Shown here: positions 51,804-64,000 of the stretch, one piece after another
Position numbering within the stretch: the first letter of the stretch is position 1
How the letters are laid out: each line of letters starts with the position of its first letter
DNA from: Chiloscyllium plagiosum
Lineage: Eukaryota
DNA: 64,000 nt
NCBI RefSeq assembly: GCF_004010195.1
Contig: NC_057720.1
Coordinates: 23,293,994 to 23,357,993, forward strand
Direction: 5' to 3'
Notes under the pieces: generated by a model
Database searches by the model: none
What the model was told of the DNA's origin: nothing
The model's input: the letters and a program-made list of their open reading frames with translations, nothing else
Position numbers and translations under genes: made by a program

Positions 51804-52236
51804 AAAGAGATGGTGGGCTTTTTAAAATTTGTTCACAGGTGTCACTGACCAGGCAAACCTTTATTGCCTATCCCTTATTGCCCAGAGGTTGTTAAGCGTC
51901 AACCACATTGCTGTGGTTCTGGAGTCACAGGTAGAGTAGACTGGCAGTTTTCTTCCCTGAAGGACAGTAGTGAACTAGATGGGTTTTTCCCCAACATTTG
52001 ACAATGGATTCATGGTCATCATTAGACTGTTAATTCCAGATTTATTAAATTCAAATCACACTATTTGCTGTAGCAGGATTTGAACCCAGGTCCCCAGAAC
52101 ATTACCTGGATCTCTGGATTAACAGTCAAGTGACAATTGGTTCCCTTTCGATGACGGATGGTTAACTAGGATTGTGGAGTCTCCATGTAACATGACAAAA
52201 ACCAAGAAAGATCCAAACTAACAACCAATTAACTAA

Positions 52237-52621
52237 AAACAAAAAATGCTGGAAATCACAATGGGTCAGGCAGCATCCATGGAGAAAAAACAAACTAACA
52301 TTTCGATGGCTGTTCATCAGAATTGATGCAAAGTGTAGAGGGGGCAACACTGATGCAATTGTTTGGAGGGGGGCTTGGTTGGCGTGCTGGGGAAGAAAGG
52401 ATACTGAAAGAGCAGATTAAGTGATTCAAATGTGAGAAGGGCAGAACAACGGTGTGTCTAACTGCCAAACTGGAAAGAACAGATAGTCCCACTGGGGTGG
52501 GGGTGGGGGTGGGGGTGAGGGGAGAGAGGATATGGTGACAGAGAATGCAACAAATAAAGATAAAAGAGAGGGAAGAAATTAATGAGTTCACAATCTGAAG
52601 GTGTTGAAATCAATATTAAGT
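52237..52621 (-). mobile_element. PLE 3' end (additional family)
   Basis: Perfect 12-bp TSD ccaattaactaa (52225-52236, 52622-52633); decayed CUGAUGA..GAAA motif near 52297-52322; GLNIDFNTFR end of GIY-YIG domain. Confidence 0.8.
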
Positions 52622-54587
52622 CCAATTAACTAACCTGGATCTACAGGAAAGCATCTCGTCACTTACATGAAACAGCACTTCCTAATTTCATTCTTAACCT
52701 AGATCTAATTAGAAAAGTATGTAGCCTTTAGTGTTTCTCCCCACCACAAGGAATTGATTTTCTGTATCTATGCTGTTTATTCATTTTATCATGTTTTTAA
52801 AAAATAGATTATAGATTACCCCTCTAAGATTGGAACCTGTTCTAATAAATTATTCCTCTGAGCCTTTCCATAATTCTGGTGAATCTACATTATACTCATC
52901 TAAAGCCAATATATTTTTTCCTGAGATTCATTTTTCAAATTGAGAGCTTTGGCCCTTTTAGGCTCTGGTCAGGGCTCTGTACAATTAAATTCAATCACCT
53001 TGAGATTAATTAACTTTTTAAAATATTTTTTTAAAATCCCCCTGTACCAGTTATTAAGACCTCAGTAATTAGACACTAAATCCCTTTGTGCCAACGTAGA
53101 TCCTAGTGCCTCATTATGAAAAGAATTGTCACTTATTTCTCCCAGATCCAAAATGGATGACCATATATTGAACTTCTTTTGCCTTACCTCTGCCCATTCA
53201 ATTAATTTCTCCTTCGTAATTTTCTGCTCGCACCCATGGAACTTATTCTGTTTCCTAGATCAGTGACAAATGTGATTATCTACTTTCTATTCCTTGTTCC
53301 AAAGCACTACTATATAGTTGTGACTGCAGCTGGAGGAGGTCCCATTGGTCTATCAATATCAACATAAAATTAAAAATGACATGTTTTCTAGTTATTAAGA
53401 TGACCAATTAAATACTTTATCTATATCAGATTATAAATGACAAGACCTATCAAACAGGCTTCTCAGTTATCCGCACCAAAATTATTCAATAAAATGGTTA
53501 ATATACACAGTCAATAACATTGAAATGTAAATATTCATCCCTCCAGAATCCCCAAAGCACATCATCAGACACATGTTTTTCAGAAAAGAGAAAGAAAGCA
53601 GATTTCTGTACCAGACTGGCTATCTGAAAAATTGAACACTTTGACCAATGAATTATTATGTAAGGTAAATGGATAAAGCGTGGAAAGTTCTGGAGTCTGT
53701 TGCTTTGACATTCTGATTGGTGTGTTCGAGTCACTAATCTTGCATGGTTGTCTGGTAAATCTTGCAGACATAGTTTGCAGAGGAAATTAAAAAATGGAGT
53801 TGTTTTTTCTATCACTTTTCAAAAGAACAAACAGCTTGCACCCTGAGCTTAACAAAGAAGTTTATTTTTCAGAAATGAAAAAGATCAGCTGGATAGACTG
53901 TTTATAGTTTTTTTTTTCTCTAGTTCAGCTTGTTACCAGCAGGCCTCCCTCCAACTGAACCAAATAAAACAAGCACTTATCCAACCAATTGCTGTTCAAA
54001 ACAGCCCCAGCAGAGTAGACAGCAAAGCAAGCTGTTGTCACCAGTCATCTGATTTACTGGAAGCTTTGTTCAAATCTCTAATGTTCACAAAGAACTTTCA
54101 ATAAATGCTTTAAAGAAACCACTCCAGGTATTTCCACAAAACTTCAAATAAATCAATTTTCTGCAATCCTTCAAAACTAATGTCCTCTAAGAAATAATGA
54201 AGTCTAATCAATTTTTTTTTATATTGAAAGGCTCCAGGGGAACACCAGGACATTCTCTTTATCCATTTCCCATATTCTTTGTCACTTCTTTTCCAACCAA
54301 TTACAGAGCAATGTTTCAAAATTACTTCTAATTCTGTGTGCTATAATTTTTTCCAATAAAATCTCACACAGTCTTAGCTAATATCCACAGTCATTCTCCT
54401 TCCCACCATTATAAGAATGGAACAAAGGAACAGAATTGGAAAACTTCTTCAATAACATGGGAGACTGTTCACATTTTTTATAAAAATCTACTAGCCTCAT
54501 TTTAACCAAAAGAACTATGCCACAAGGTATCGTTGCCTGAACAAAAACAAACTTTATTGTACCTAAAATGTCTGAACAAAACAACAA

Positions 54588-55853
54588 TGGATGTAAATTT
54601 GCTGACTGAGCTGGAAGGTTCATTTTCAGACCTTTCATCACCTTACTAGATGATACCATCAGTAAGCCTCCGGATAAAGCACTGATGGCATGGCCAAGTT
54701 TCTATTTATGTGTTTAGGGTTCCTTGGGTTGGTGATGTCATTTCCTGTGTTGACATAATTTCCTGTGATGATTTACAAAATACCTTGCAAGAACTGTAAT
54801 GAACAGTTATAGGCTAAGACTGTGTGAGATTTTATTGGAAAAAATTATAGCACACAGAATTAGAAGTAATTTTGAAACATTGCTCTGTAATTGGTTGGAA
54901 AAGAAGTGACAAAGAATATGGGAAATGTATAAAGAGAATGTCCTGGTGTTCCCCTGGAGCCTTTCAATATAAAAAAATTGATTAGACTTCATTATTTCTT
55001 AGAGGACATTAGTTTTGAAGGATTGCAGTTCATTACAGTTGGGGCGGCACGGTGGCACAGTGGTTAGCACTGCTGCCTCACAGCTCCAGAGACCCAGGTT
55101 CAATTCCCGCCTCAGGCGACTGACTGTGTGGAGTTTGCACGTTCTCCCCGTGTCTGCGTGGGTTTCCTCCGGGTGCTCCGGTTTCCTCCCACAGTCCAAA
55201 GATGTGCAGGTCAGGTGAATTGGCCATGCTAAATTGCCCGTAGGGTTAGGTAAGGGGTAAATGTAGGGGTATGGGTGGGTTGCGCTTCGGCGGGTCGGTG
55301 TGGACTTGTTGGGCTGAAGGGCCTGTTTCCACACTGTAATGTAATGTAATGTAATCTAATCTAATCAAAAAACACTACATTAGACAAACAGGCAGAAAAC
55401 TAGCCATCAGGATACATGAACATCAAGTAGCCACAAAAAGACATGACCTACTCTCACTAGTATCCTTACATACAGATGAGGAAGGACACCACTTTGACCG
55501 GGACAACACATCCATCTTAGGACAAGCCAAACAGAGACACACATGAGAATTCCTAGAAGCATAGCATTCCAACCAGAACTCTATTAACAAACACATTGAC
55601 TCAGATCCCATTTACCACCCCCGAGAAAAAGAACTAGAAATGAAATCACAAAAGGAAATAACATCACCACTGGAAATGACATTATCAACCAAAGGAAACC
55701 TAAACACCTAAATAGAAAGCAGGCCATACACCAAAGCTTCATATAGAGGCTCAATATTATTGTAATGAAACGTCTGAAAACAAACCTTCCAGCTCAGCAA
55801 ACAAACCTACATCCAGAACCTCAAACTGAGCTACAAATCTTCTCAAAGCCTGC
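54588..55853. mobile_element. PLE family E fold-back, interrupted by a SINE and captured local DNA
   Basis: Inverted terminal repeats about 54588-54770 and 55640-55815; GIY-YIG text IYKIPCKNC at 54771-54805 resumes at about 55370. Confidence 0.88.
55041..55366 (+). mobile_element. HE1-type V-SINE, young and full length
   Basis: Nearly identical to 51211-51522; taatg/taatc tail. Confidence 0.95.
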
Positions 55854-56110
55854 TAAAGCAACTGTCATTCACTCAGCAATATTTTGTAACTATACATATT
55901 AACACTAACTTCTAAGGTCCTGGGGAGTGTTGCTGAACAAAGAGACCTTGGAGTGCAGATTCATAGTTCTTTGAAAGTGGTGTCACAGGTAGATAGGCTG
56001 GTGAAGAAGGCATTTGGTATGCTTGCCTTTATTGGTTAGTGCATTGAGTAGAGGAGTTGAGAGCTCATCTTGAGGCTGTACAGAACAGTGATGAGGGCAC
56101 TTTTGGAATA

Positions 56111-59100
56111 CAGAATTATTACCTCAATTATCCAGACGAGAGGGTGGGGAGTATTTTGTTCAGAGAACTGATTGTTCGAATAACTGATCTGATTGTAAAC
56201 AAAGGAAGCCATACTGAACATAATTACGTAGTGTTTACAGAGTGTTTATTTCATCCAATCAATAAAATGTGTACAAACACTGGATATTGCTTAAAATTTC
56301 ATGATATGTTACAAATAAAATCACTTTTTGGCTGGAGTTTGACTGAAGTCTGTGAAATTTTTTGCTGACATTTTCCTCGATTGTATCCAGGTCATACAGT
56401 CATAGAGTCATCGAGATGTACAGCATGGAAACAGACCCTTCGGTCCACCTGTCCACACCAACCAGATATCCCAACCCAGTCTAGTCCCATCTGCCAGCAC
56501 CCGGCCCATATCCCTCCAAACCCTTCCTATTCATATACCCATCCAAATGCCTCTTAAATGTTGCAATTATACCAGCCTCCACCACATCCTCTGGCAGTTC
56601 ATTCCATACACATACCACCCTCTTCATGAAAAAGTTGCCCCTTAGGTCTCTTTTATATCTTTCCCCTCTCACCCTAAACCTATGCCCTCTAGTTCCGGTC
56701 TCCCCCACCCCAGGGAAAAGACTTTGCCTATTTATCCTATCCATGCCCCTCATAATTTTGTAAACCTCTATAAGGTCACCCCTCAGCCTCCAACCTGTTC
56801 AGCCTCTCCCTATAGCTCAAATCCTCCAACCCTGGCAACATCCTTGTAAATCTTTTCTGAATCCTTTCAAGTTTCACAACATTTTTCCCATAGGAAGGAG
56901 ATCAGAATTGCATGCAATATTCCAACAGTGGCCTAACCAATGTCCTGTACAACCGCAACATGACCTCCCAACTCCTGTACTCAATACTCTGAGCAATAAA
57001 GCAAAGCATATCAAACGCCTTTTTCACTAGCCTATCTACCTGTGACTCTACTTTCAAGGAGCTATGAACCTGCACTCCAAGGTCTCTTTGTTCAGCAACA
57101 CTCCCTAGGACCTTATCATTAAGTGTATAAGTCCTGCTTAGATTTGCTTTCCCAAAATGCAGCACCTCGCACTTGTCTGAATTAAACTCCATTTGCCACT
57201 TCTCAGCCCATTCGCCCATCTGGTCAAGATCCTGTTGTAATCTGAGGTAACCCTCTTCGCTGTCCACTACTCCTCCAATTTTGGTGTCATCTGCAAACTT
57301 ACTAACTGTGCCTCTTATGCTCTAATCCAAATCATTTATGTAAATGACAAAAAGTAGAGGACCCAGCACCGATCCTTGTGGCACTCCACTGATCACAGGC
57401 CTCCAGTCTGAAAAACAACCCTCCACCACCACCCTCTGTCTTCTACCTTTGAGCCAGTTCTATATCCAAATGGCTAGTTCTCCCTGTATTCCATGAGATC
57501 TAACCTTGCTAATCAGTCTCCCATGGGGAGCCTTGTCGAACGCCTTACTGAAGTCCCTATATATCACATCTACTGCTCTGCCCTCATTAATCTTCTTTGT
57601 TACTTCTTCAAAAAACTCAATCAAGTTTGTGAGACATGATTTCCCACACATAAAGCCGTATTGACTATCCCTAATCAGTCCTTGCCTTTCCAAATACATG
57701 TATATCCTGTCCTTCAAGATTCCCTCCAACAACTTGCCCATCACCGAGGTCAGGCTCTCTGGTCTATAGTTCCCTGGCTTGTTTTTACCACCCTTCTTAA
57801 ACAGTGGCACCACGTTTGCCAACCTCCAGTCTTTGGCACCTCTCCTGTGACTACTGATGATAAAAATAGCTCAGCAAGAGGCCCAGCAATCACTTCTCTA
57901 GCTTCCCACAGAGTTCTCGGGTACACCTGATCAGGTCCTGGGGATTTATCCACCTTTACCCGTTTCAAGACATCCAGCACTTCCTCCTCTGTAATCTGGA
58001 CATTTTGCAAGATGTCATCATCTATTTCCCTACAGTCTATATCTTCCATATCCTTCTCCACAGTAAATACTGATGCAAAATATTCATTTTCTGTGGCTCC
58101 ACACAAAGGCTGCCTTGTTCATCCTTGAGGGGCCCTATTCTCTCCCTAGTTTCCCTTTTTGTCCTTAATATATTTATAAAAACCCTTTGGATTCTCCTTA
58201 ATTCTATTTGCCAATGCTATCTCATGTCCCCTTTTCGCCCTCCTGATTTCCCTCTTAAGTATACTCCTACTTCCTTTATACTCTTCTAAGGATTCACTCG
58301 ATCTATCCTGTCTATACCTGACATATGCTTCCTTCTTTTTCTTAACCAAACCTTCAATTTCTTTAGTCATCCAGCATTACCTATACCTACCAACCTTCCC
58401 TTTCACCCTGACAGGAATATACTTTCTCTGGATTCTCATTATCTCATTTCTGAAGGCTTCCCATTTTCCAGCCGTCCCTTTACCTGCGAACACCTGCCTC
58501 CAATCAGCTTTCGAAAGTTCTTGCCTAATACCGTCAAAATTGGCCTTTTTCCAATTTAGAACTTCAACTTTTAGATCTGGTCTATCCTTTTCCATCATGA
58601 TTTTAAAATGAATAGAATTATGGTTGCTGGCCCCAAAGTGCTCCTCGACAGGTTCTCAACAGTATCTTTCTGTTCGGTGTCATCCCACCGTCCAGACTAA
58701 CCAAGTGTTGTCCCTCCCTCCTCAGCAATCACCGAGACCTTAGAGAGAGAGATAGATAGAGAGAGAGAGTCAAAAAATACATGGAGAATATGAGAGAGAG
58801 GGAAGACTTTTTTGCTGACTTTAGTTTCCATCCTCTCATCAATTTTTTTGAGGGGGTAATGTTTTCCTTGTGTTTCCTCCCATCAAGTTTTTTTCCTGTT
58901 TATTTTCATGTGTGCTAACTCACTACAATTTGCTCTCCCCCATCAAAAAAAGTTAGTTTTAATTTTCTTGTCAGCTGAAAGATATCGATCTATGTTTTTG
59001 TTTGGAAAGAAAGAGTCATCATGGGATAACAAGAGAAAAATGCAACCGAAATGAAACGTGAGAGAGCATTTTTTGATAACTTTCCAGAGAATGAGCTGAG

Positions 59101-59479
59101 AGAAAAAATTGTTGGGTTTGCAAAACAGAGCGAGTCAATGTTGAGAGGGAATCTCACTGTTTGGGCTCACACGTACGTTATTCTTGTGTGGTCACAATCA
59201 CAAACCTTTGTCCTCAGGGAGAATACGTATTGGAGAGCTTTTTACAAAAAGTGTAAAACTTAACTCTAACATCATGTCTCGAGTTTATGTTTGAAGTTAA
59301 TTATTTATTAAAGTATACTTGCATCTCTATTCCTGTTCACATTTACAGAATGATGCATTAAATAGATAAAGTATAGAACGTTCCTAATTCAGTTGAAATG
59401 CATGTATAGGGACCTTGAGATCTTGTTCAGATAATCCGAAATGCGGATAATTGATGTTCGGATAACCAAGGTTGTCCTG
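56111..59479. mobile_element. TA-flanked Tc1/mariner-superfamily (Tigger/pogo-like) non-autonomous DNA transposon
   Basis: TA at 56109-56110 and 59480-59481; imperfect TIRs CAG..acctcaattatcc / ggataaccaaggt..CTG; subterminal gttcggataa-like repeats at both ends. Confidence 0.75.
56392..58644 (-). mobile_element. CR1/HER1-type LINE, 5'-truncated ORF2, relatively young
   Basis: ANVVPLFKKG..PGNYRP, KSCLTNLIEFFEEV, DFSKAFDKAPH, WQMEFNSDKC; frameshifted. Confidence 0.97.
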
Positions 59480-60432
59480 TACTGTGAGCAGTTCTGCTCT
59501 CCCTACTACAGGAAGGATGTTGTGAAACTTGAAACAGTTCAGAAAAGATTTACAAGGATGTTGCCGGGTTAGAGGGTTTGAGCTATAGGGAGAGGCTGGA
59601 ACTATTTTCCCTGGAGCATCAAAGGCTGATGGGTGACCTTATAGATGTTTATAAAATTATGAGGGGCATGGATAGGGCCTTTATTCCTGATGAAGGGCTT
59701 TTGCCCGAAACGTCGATTTTGCCTGTCCTCGGATGCTGCCTGAATTGCTGTGCTCTTCCAGCACCACTGATCCAGAATCTGGTTTCCAGCATCTGCAGTC
59801 ATTGTTTTTACCCCTAAATAGACAAGGTCTTTTCCCCAGGGTGGGGGAGTCAAAAACCAGAGGGCATAAGTTTATGGTGAGAGGGGAAAGATATAAAAGG
59901 AACCTAAGGACAATGTTTTCGCACAGAGGGTGGTGGGTGTATGGAATGAGCTGTCAGAGGAAGTGGAGGCTGGTACAATTACAATATTTAAGAGGCATCT
60001 GGATGGGTATAGAAAGAGTTTAGAGGGATATGGGTCAAATGCTGGCAAATGGAACTAAATTTATCTAGGATATCTGGTTGGCAGGGATGTGTTAGACTGA
60101 AGGGTCTATTTCCGTGCTATACATTCCTCTGATTATGTGTTGGACCATGGTGAAGGAAAGAACAATTGCCAAACGCCTTCAGTCCGAGTGTGTGCAATTA
60201 AACTCAGATAGAACCTAAACCATTGTCCTTGATATTTGGAATAAGAAGACTTCATAAGTCTTCTTTTTTATTTCAAAATACACATATAAAATATAAAAAC
60301 ACACACATACATAATCACAAATGGAGTTTGGTTTTGTAGAGTAGCATAATGAAGGAAACAAACAAACATTGGAGGTTGATTCGGTCCAAACAAACAAAAG
60401 CATCACTTACTTGAACCAGACTATATGCAGGA

Positions 60433-61117
60433 ATGCAGGTACAACAGGTAGTGAAGAAGGCCAATAGCATGCTGGCCTTCATAACAAGAGGAATTGAGTA
60501 TAGAAGCAAAGAGGTGCTTCTGCAGCTGTACAGGGCCCTGGTGAGACCACACCTGGAGTACTGTGTGCAGTTCTGGTCTCCAAATTTGAGAAAAGACATT
60601 CTGGCTATTGAGGGAGTGCAGCGTAGGTTCACGAGGTCAATTCCTGGAATGGCAGGATTACCTTACACTGAAAGACTGAAGCAACTGGGCTTGTATACCC
60701 TTGAGTATCGAAGATTGAGAGGGGATCTGATTGAGACGTATAAGATTATGAAAGGATTGGACACTCTGGCAGTAGGAAACATATTTCCACTGATGGGTGA
60801 GTGCCGAACCAGAGGACACAGCTTAAAAATACGGGGTAGACCATTTAGGACAGAGCTCAGGAGAAACTTCTTCACCCAGAGAGTGGTGGCTGTGTGGAAT
60901 GCTCTGCCCCAGAGGGCAGTGGAGGCCGACTCTCTGAATTCATTTAAGAAGGAGTTGGATAGAGCTCTCAAAGATAGTGGAATCAAGGGTTATGGAGATA
61001 AGGCAGGAACAGGATTCTGATTAGGAATGATCAGCCATGATTATATTGAATGGTGGTGCAAGCTCGAAGGGCTGAATGGCCTACTCCTGCACCTATTGTC
61101 TATTGTCTATTGTCTAT
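60433..61117 (+). mobile_element. Young 5'-truncated CR1 copy; ORF2 C-terminus still open (195 aa)
   Basis: ORF 60433-61020 [31 protein letters not shown]...; ctattgt repeat tail. Confidence 0.95.
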
Positions 61118-61179
61118 ATTTACATGCACTTGAGGCTGGGAGGATTCTAAAACTGAATAGACCCTCATTTAACCTTAGC

Positions 61180-61620
61180 AGAAGGACCTCAGTCTTTCCC
61201 TCCTGCACCTTGGTAGCTGCTCACCAAGCTTTAGTGTGTCCCTCACCTTGGGCTATTCCAGTTTGCAACATTTGGTCAAGGTCAATCCCTTGCTCTGGAA
61301 GACCATCACGTTTTGGACAGACTAAAGACCACTTCTCATAGATTTTATGGTCTTCTTGGTACAGTTGATGTTTGTCTCAGGGGAACAGACCATAGAACGT
61401 GGAGTCCCATGACAAGGAGCTGCTTGAGTCAAAACCTTGACACTATCGCATCTCTCTTCAGACTTCCTTTGCAAAGGCACATTCCAGAAGGAGATGTGTG
61501 ACAGTCTCTATGTGCCCCACTACCACTTTGAGGGCAGCATGCAGTGGCGCAGAGAGACCGGACATACAAGAAGGATCTTATTGGAAAGCTCTGGAGATGA
61601 GACATTCTGTCAAAGTCTTC
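61180..61620 (-). mobile_element. Tx1/L1-clade LINE ORF2 C-terminal Cys/His region, degenerate
   Basis: Minus strand RSFLYVRSLCATACCPQSG..ETVTHLLLECAFAKEV. Confidence 0.7.
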
Positions 61621-61699
61621 TTATAGTCGTAGTTTCAGGATCAAAATAAATTGTAAGCTACTGACTGATGATTTAGATCCAAAGTCTCTTGTCTCCACT

Positions 61700-62900
61700 T
61701 AACTGCGGGCTGAATGTACACATAGCGTTTGGTTCTTTACAACGTTTAGTACAGAAAATGGGAAGATCAATGTAATGCTGATGTGATGTATAAATGACCC
61801 AGCACCCAGGTAAAACCCAACTGGAGAAGATGACTTTTTCTTTTCACATGTAGATGAGTTGGCTGTTACAGCAGCGGACACTAGTAAAACAACATAAATG
61901 ACTCCATATTGGCAAGGGATATGACAATGTTGTAAATTGGTGACTGACACTAATACTGGACTTAGAAACTAAGAAATCATTTTTATGTGTAAAAATGAAT
62001 TTTTACCCATTAAAGATTGTGTTATGTGAAGGACAAGACTTCTAATTCCTGAAAGGTACAGATCTCAGTTTCTATATTATTTTTATGACTACCACTTGGA
62101 GATGAACTTGACAATGAGTCTGGTGAGAAACTATCTTTGGTGATCAAGGCTAGGTAAGAGCATAGAAGACAAGAAACAGTATTGAGTATGTAGAAAAGAA
62201 GCTGTCATCAGTACTTTTGTAACCATGGAAATCGCCAGCTAGAATGTGAGACTGCAAATTGATTTTACAGAAGTTTAAGTGCAACAACAATCTGTTGTGA
62301 TAGATAACTACTTAAAGTGTGTTGAGGGGTTTACAATGAATTGAATAGAAACCAGCAGAACTCTCGATATTTTATGTAGTCTGTTGCTTGTAGATTTCCA
62401 GATGAAATTATGTCTGATAATGGAAGAAAAGAGTTTGAAAATTCATACGAATGACTGCAGCTAAAGACATCATATCCTGTTCAACTGAAATAGCAGAGTG
62501 TGCAGTACAAATTGTGCGAGGTGTTCTTGTTAAGAAACTCCTGGTTATAAATTGGAAACAATGTCGGTTGTCACTGAATCACAAGTTGGCCAATTTTTTT
62601 GCTTATTTATTGTAAAACATTCACAATACAACTGGCAGATGCCAGTTGGTTGGTTTCATGGATGAGAGCGTAAAAGGTTTTCATTGTTGAAAGTGTATTT
62701 AGCACAAACAGTAGAAAAAAACAAACCAGGCAGAAAGAAAGTCAGAGATGGTTGAACTGAAAGATTAAGGTGAAAGAACATCATTGTAAGTGGCTGAAGT
62801 GGCTAGTAAGATGATTTGTGAAAATATGTGATTCTCACATATATTTGGTGAAGATACTTGGTAGGTATGTACATATAGATCATGTCTTACCTTCAGAGGT
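61700..62900 (+). mobile_element. Highly decayed Gypsy pol (integrase region)
   Basis: Remnants EDQCNAD, KDCVM, YLW, PDEIMSDNG, AECAVQIV in the expected order. Confidence 0.6.
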
Positions 62901-62974
62901 TCATGATGAAGACAGGACATAGGAACAAGTGTAGTCAATGTTCCACTACTCAATTAGATCATAGCTGTTGGGAG

Positions 62975-63065
62975 ATGGAAATGTGTTGCTGGAAAAGCGC
63001 AGCAGGTCAGGCAGCATCTAGGGAACAGGAGAATCGACGTTTCGGGCATTAGCCCTTCTTCAGGA
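62975..63065 (-). mobile_element. Solo 90-bp PLE family A terminal repeat
   Basis: Perfect 14-bp TSD atagctgttgggag (62961-62974, 63066-63079); CUGAAGA-a-gggc..gccc-GAAACGUC at 63036-63063 (-). Confidence 0.9.
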
Positions 63066-63524
63066 ATAGCTGTTGGGAGGTCGTCAGGATGTGAAGAGTC
63101 AAATTTGAGTCTGATAAATTGCCTAGTTGGGGTACAGTGGAGTACTAATAATTAATCCCACAGAAGTACATGAAGCTAGTTCAGATCAGAGCGATTCAGA
63201 CAGGCATGTCTGATACCATGGAAATTTCAAATGAAGATCAAGGTCAAAGCTCACCCTTATTGTCAAAACTGTCTTCTCCACACAGGCCCAAAAGGATCAA
63301 GAATTTCATCAAGTTTGAGGAAAGAAAAGTTTGGTTCAAGAGAGAAGGTATCTTTGTAGAAACAGGAAACCAGTGATTAGATTACATTAGATTAGGTTAG
63401 ATTAGATTCCCTAGATTAGACTTGTAAATAAAATGTAAAACAACAAAAACATACATTGGTAGTATGGGATTTGCAAGTTGTGTATCTCTTTCAATAAAGA
63501 AGAACGAGTACAATACCTGTCTTT

Positions 63525-64000
63525 TATGATTCGGAGATGCCGGTGTTGGACTGGGGTGTACAAAGTTAAAAATCACACAACACCAGGTTATAGTCCAACA
63601 GGTTTAATTGGAAGCACACTAGCTTTCGGAGCAACGCTCCTTCGTCAGGTGATTGTGGAGGGCTCGATCGTAACACAGAATTTATAGCAAAAATTTGCAG
63701 TGTGATGTAACTGAAATTATACATTGAAAAATTGATTGTCTGTTAAGCCTTTCATCTGTTAGGATACAGTGATAGTTTCACTTCTTTCATGTGTAAATCA
63801 AAACCCTTTTTTTTAAAGTTGCATTCTCGGGTTAGCTGTTAACAATGGTGATAGCTAGACAATATGTTCACATTGTCTAGCTATCACCATTGTTAACAGC
63901 TAACCCGAGAAAGCAACTTTTTTAAAAAAAGGTTTTGTGATTTACACATGAAAGAAGTGAAACTACCACTGCACTCTAACAGATGAAAGGCTTAACAGAC
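63525..64000. mobile_element. PLE family C fold-back running off the window end
   Basis: Palindrome centred near 63867 with arms of at least 125 bp; terminal repeat at 63525-63655. Confidence 0.88.
63617..63651 (-). ncRNA. Minimal type I hammerhead ribozyme motif (PLE family C)
   Basis: Reverse complement reads cac-CUGACGA-a-ggagc-guu-gcucc-GAAAG-CUA-gug; stems I and II fully paired, palindromic AGCU. Confidence 0.75.

Larger units (their letters stand above)
55915..60130 (+). mobile_element. CR1 RT 3' part split by a DNA transposon (56111-59479) and a PLE repeat (59677-59813)
   Basis: Reading continues across ggaata|ctgtgagcagttc (LEY|CxQF). Confidence 0.85.

Noticed and set aside
53438..54370. 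Exon-like segments (53584-53664 KRERKQISVPDWLSEK..., 53923-54051) or alternatively a minus-strand solo LTR
   Set aside because: No recognisable protein, and no TSD to confirm an LTR; cannot be decided without RNA-seq or a repeat search.

Overview
Eukaryotic, repeat-dominated genomic DNA from a cartilaginous fish. HE1-type V-SINEs and CR1/HER1-type LINEs point to a shark or ray; the species cannot be fixed from sequence. There is one assembly gap (1360-1677). Most of the window is nested, mostly dead transposon sequence: CR1 LINE pieces on both strands, tRNA-derived SINEs, at least five families of Penelope-like elements (PLEs), a decayed Gypsy LTR element (29297-36939, GAGAG TSD), probable solo LTRs, a TA-flanked DNA transposon, a Harbinger transposase relic and a Tx1/L1 fragment. 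The only plausible host gene is two + strand exons (3900-3931, 8018-8098) of an unidentified protein. Three signals stand out. (1) The PLE terminal repeats carry minimal hammerhead-ribozyme motifs, and one family carries the compensatory U3-A8 core in all four of its copies. (2) These repeats recur as short fold-back insertions with 8-15 bp TSDs and a roughly 37-40 nt one-sided tail. (3) Two insertion junctions contain inverted copies of nearby genomic DNA (about 525 bp and 216 bp). All coordinates were read by eye and may be off by a few bases; no searches were run.
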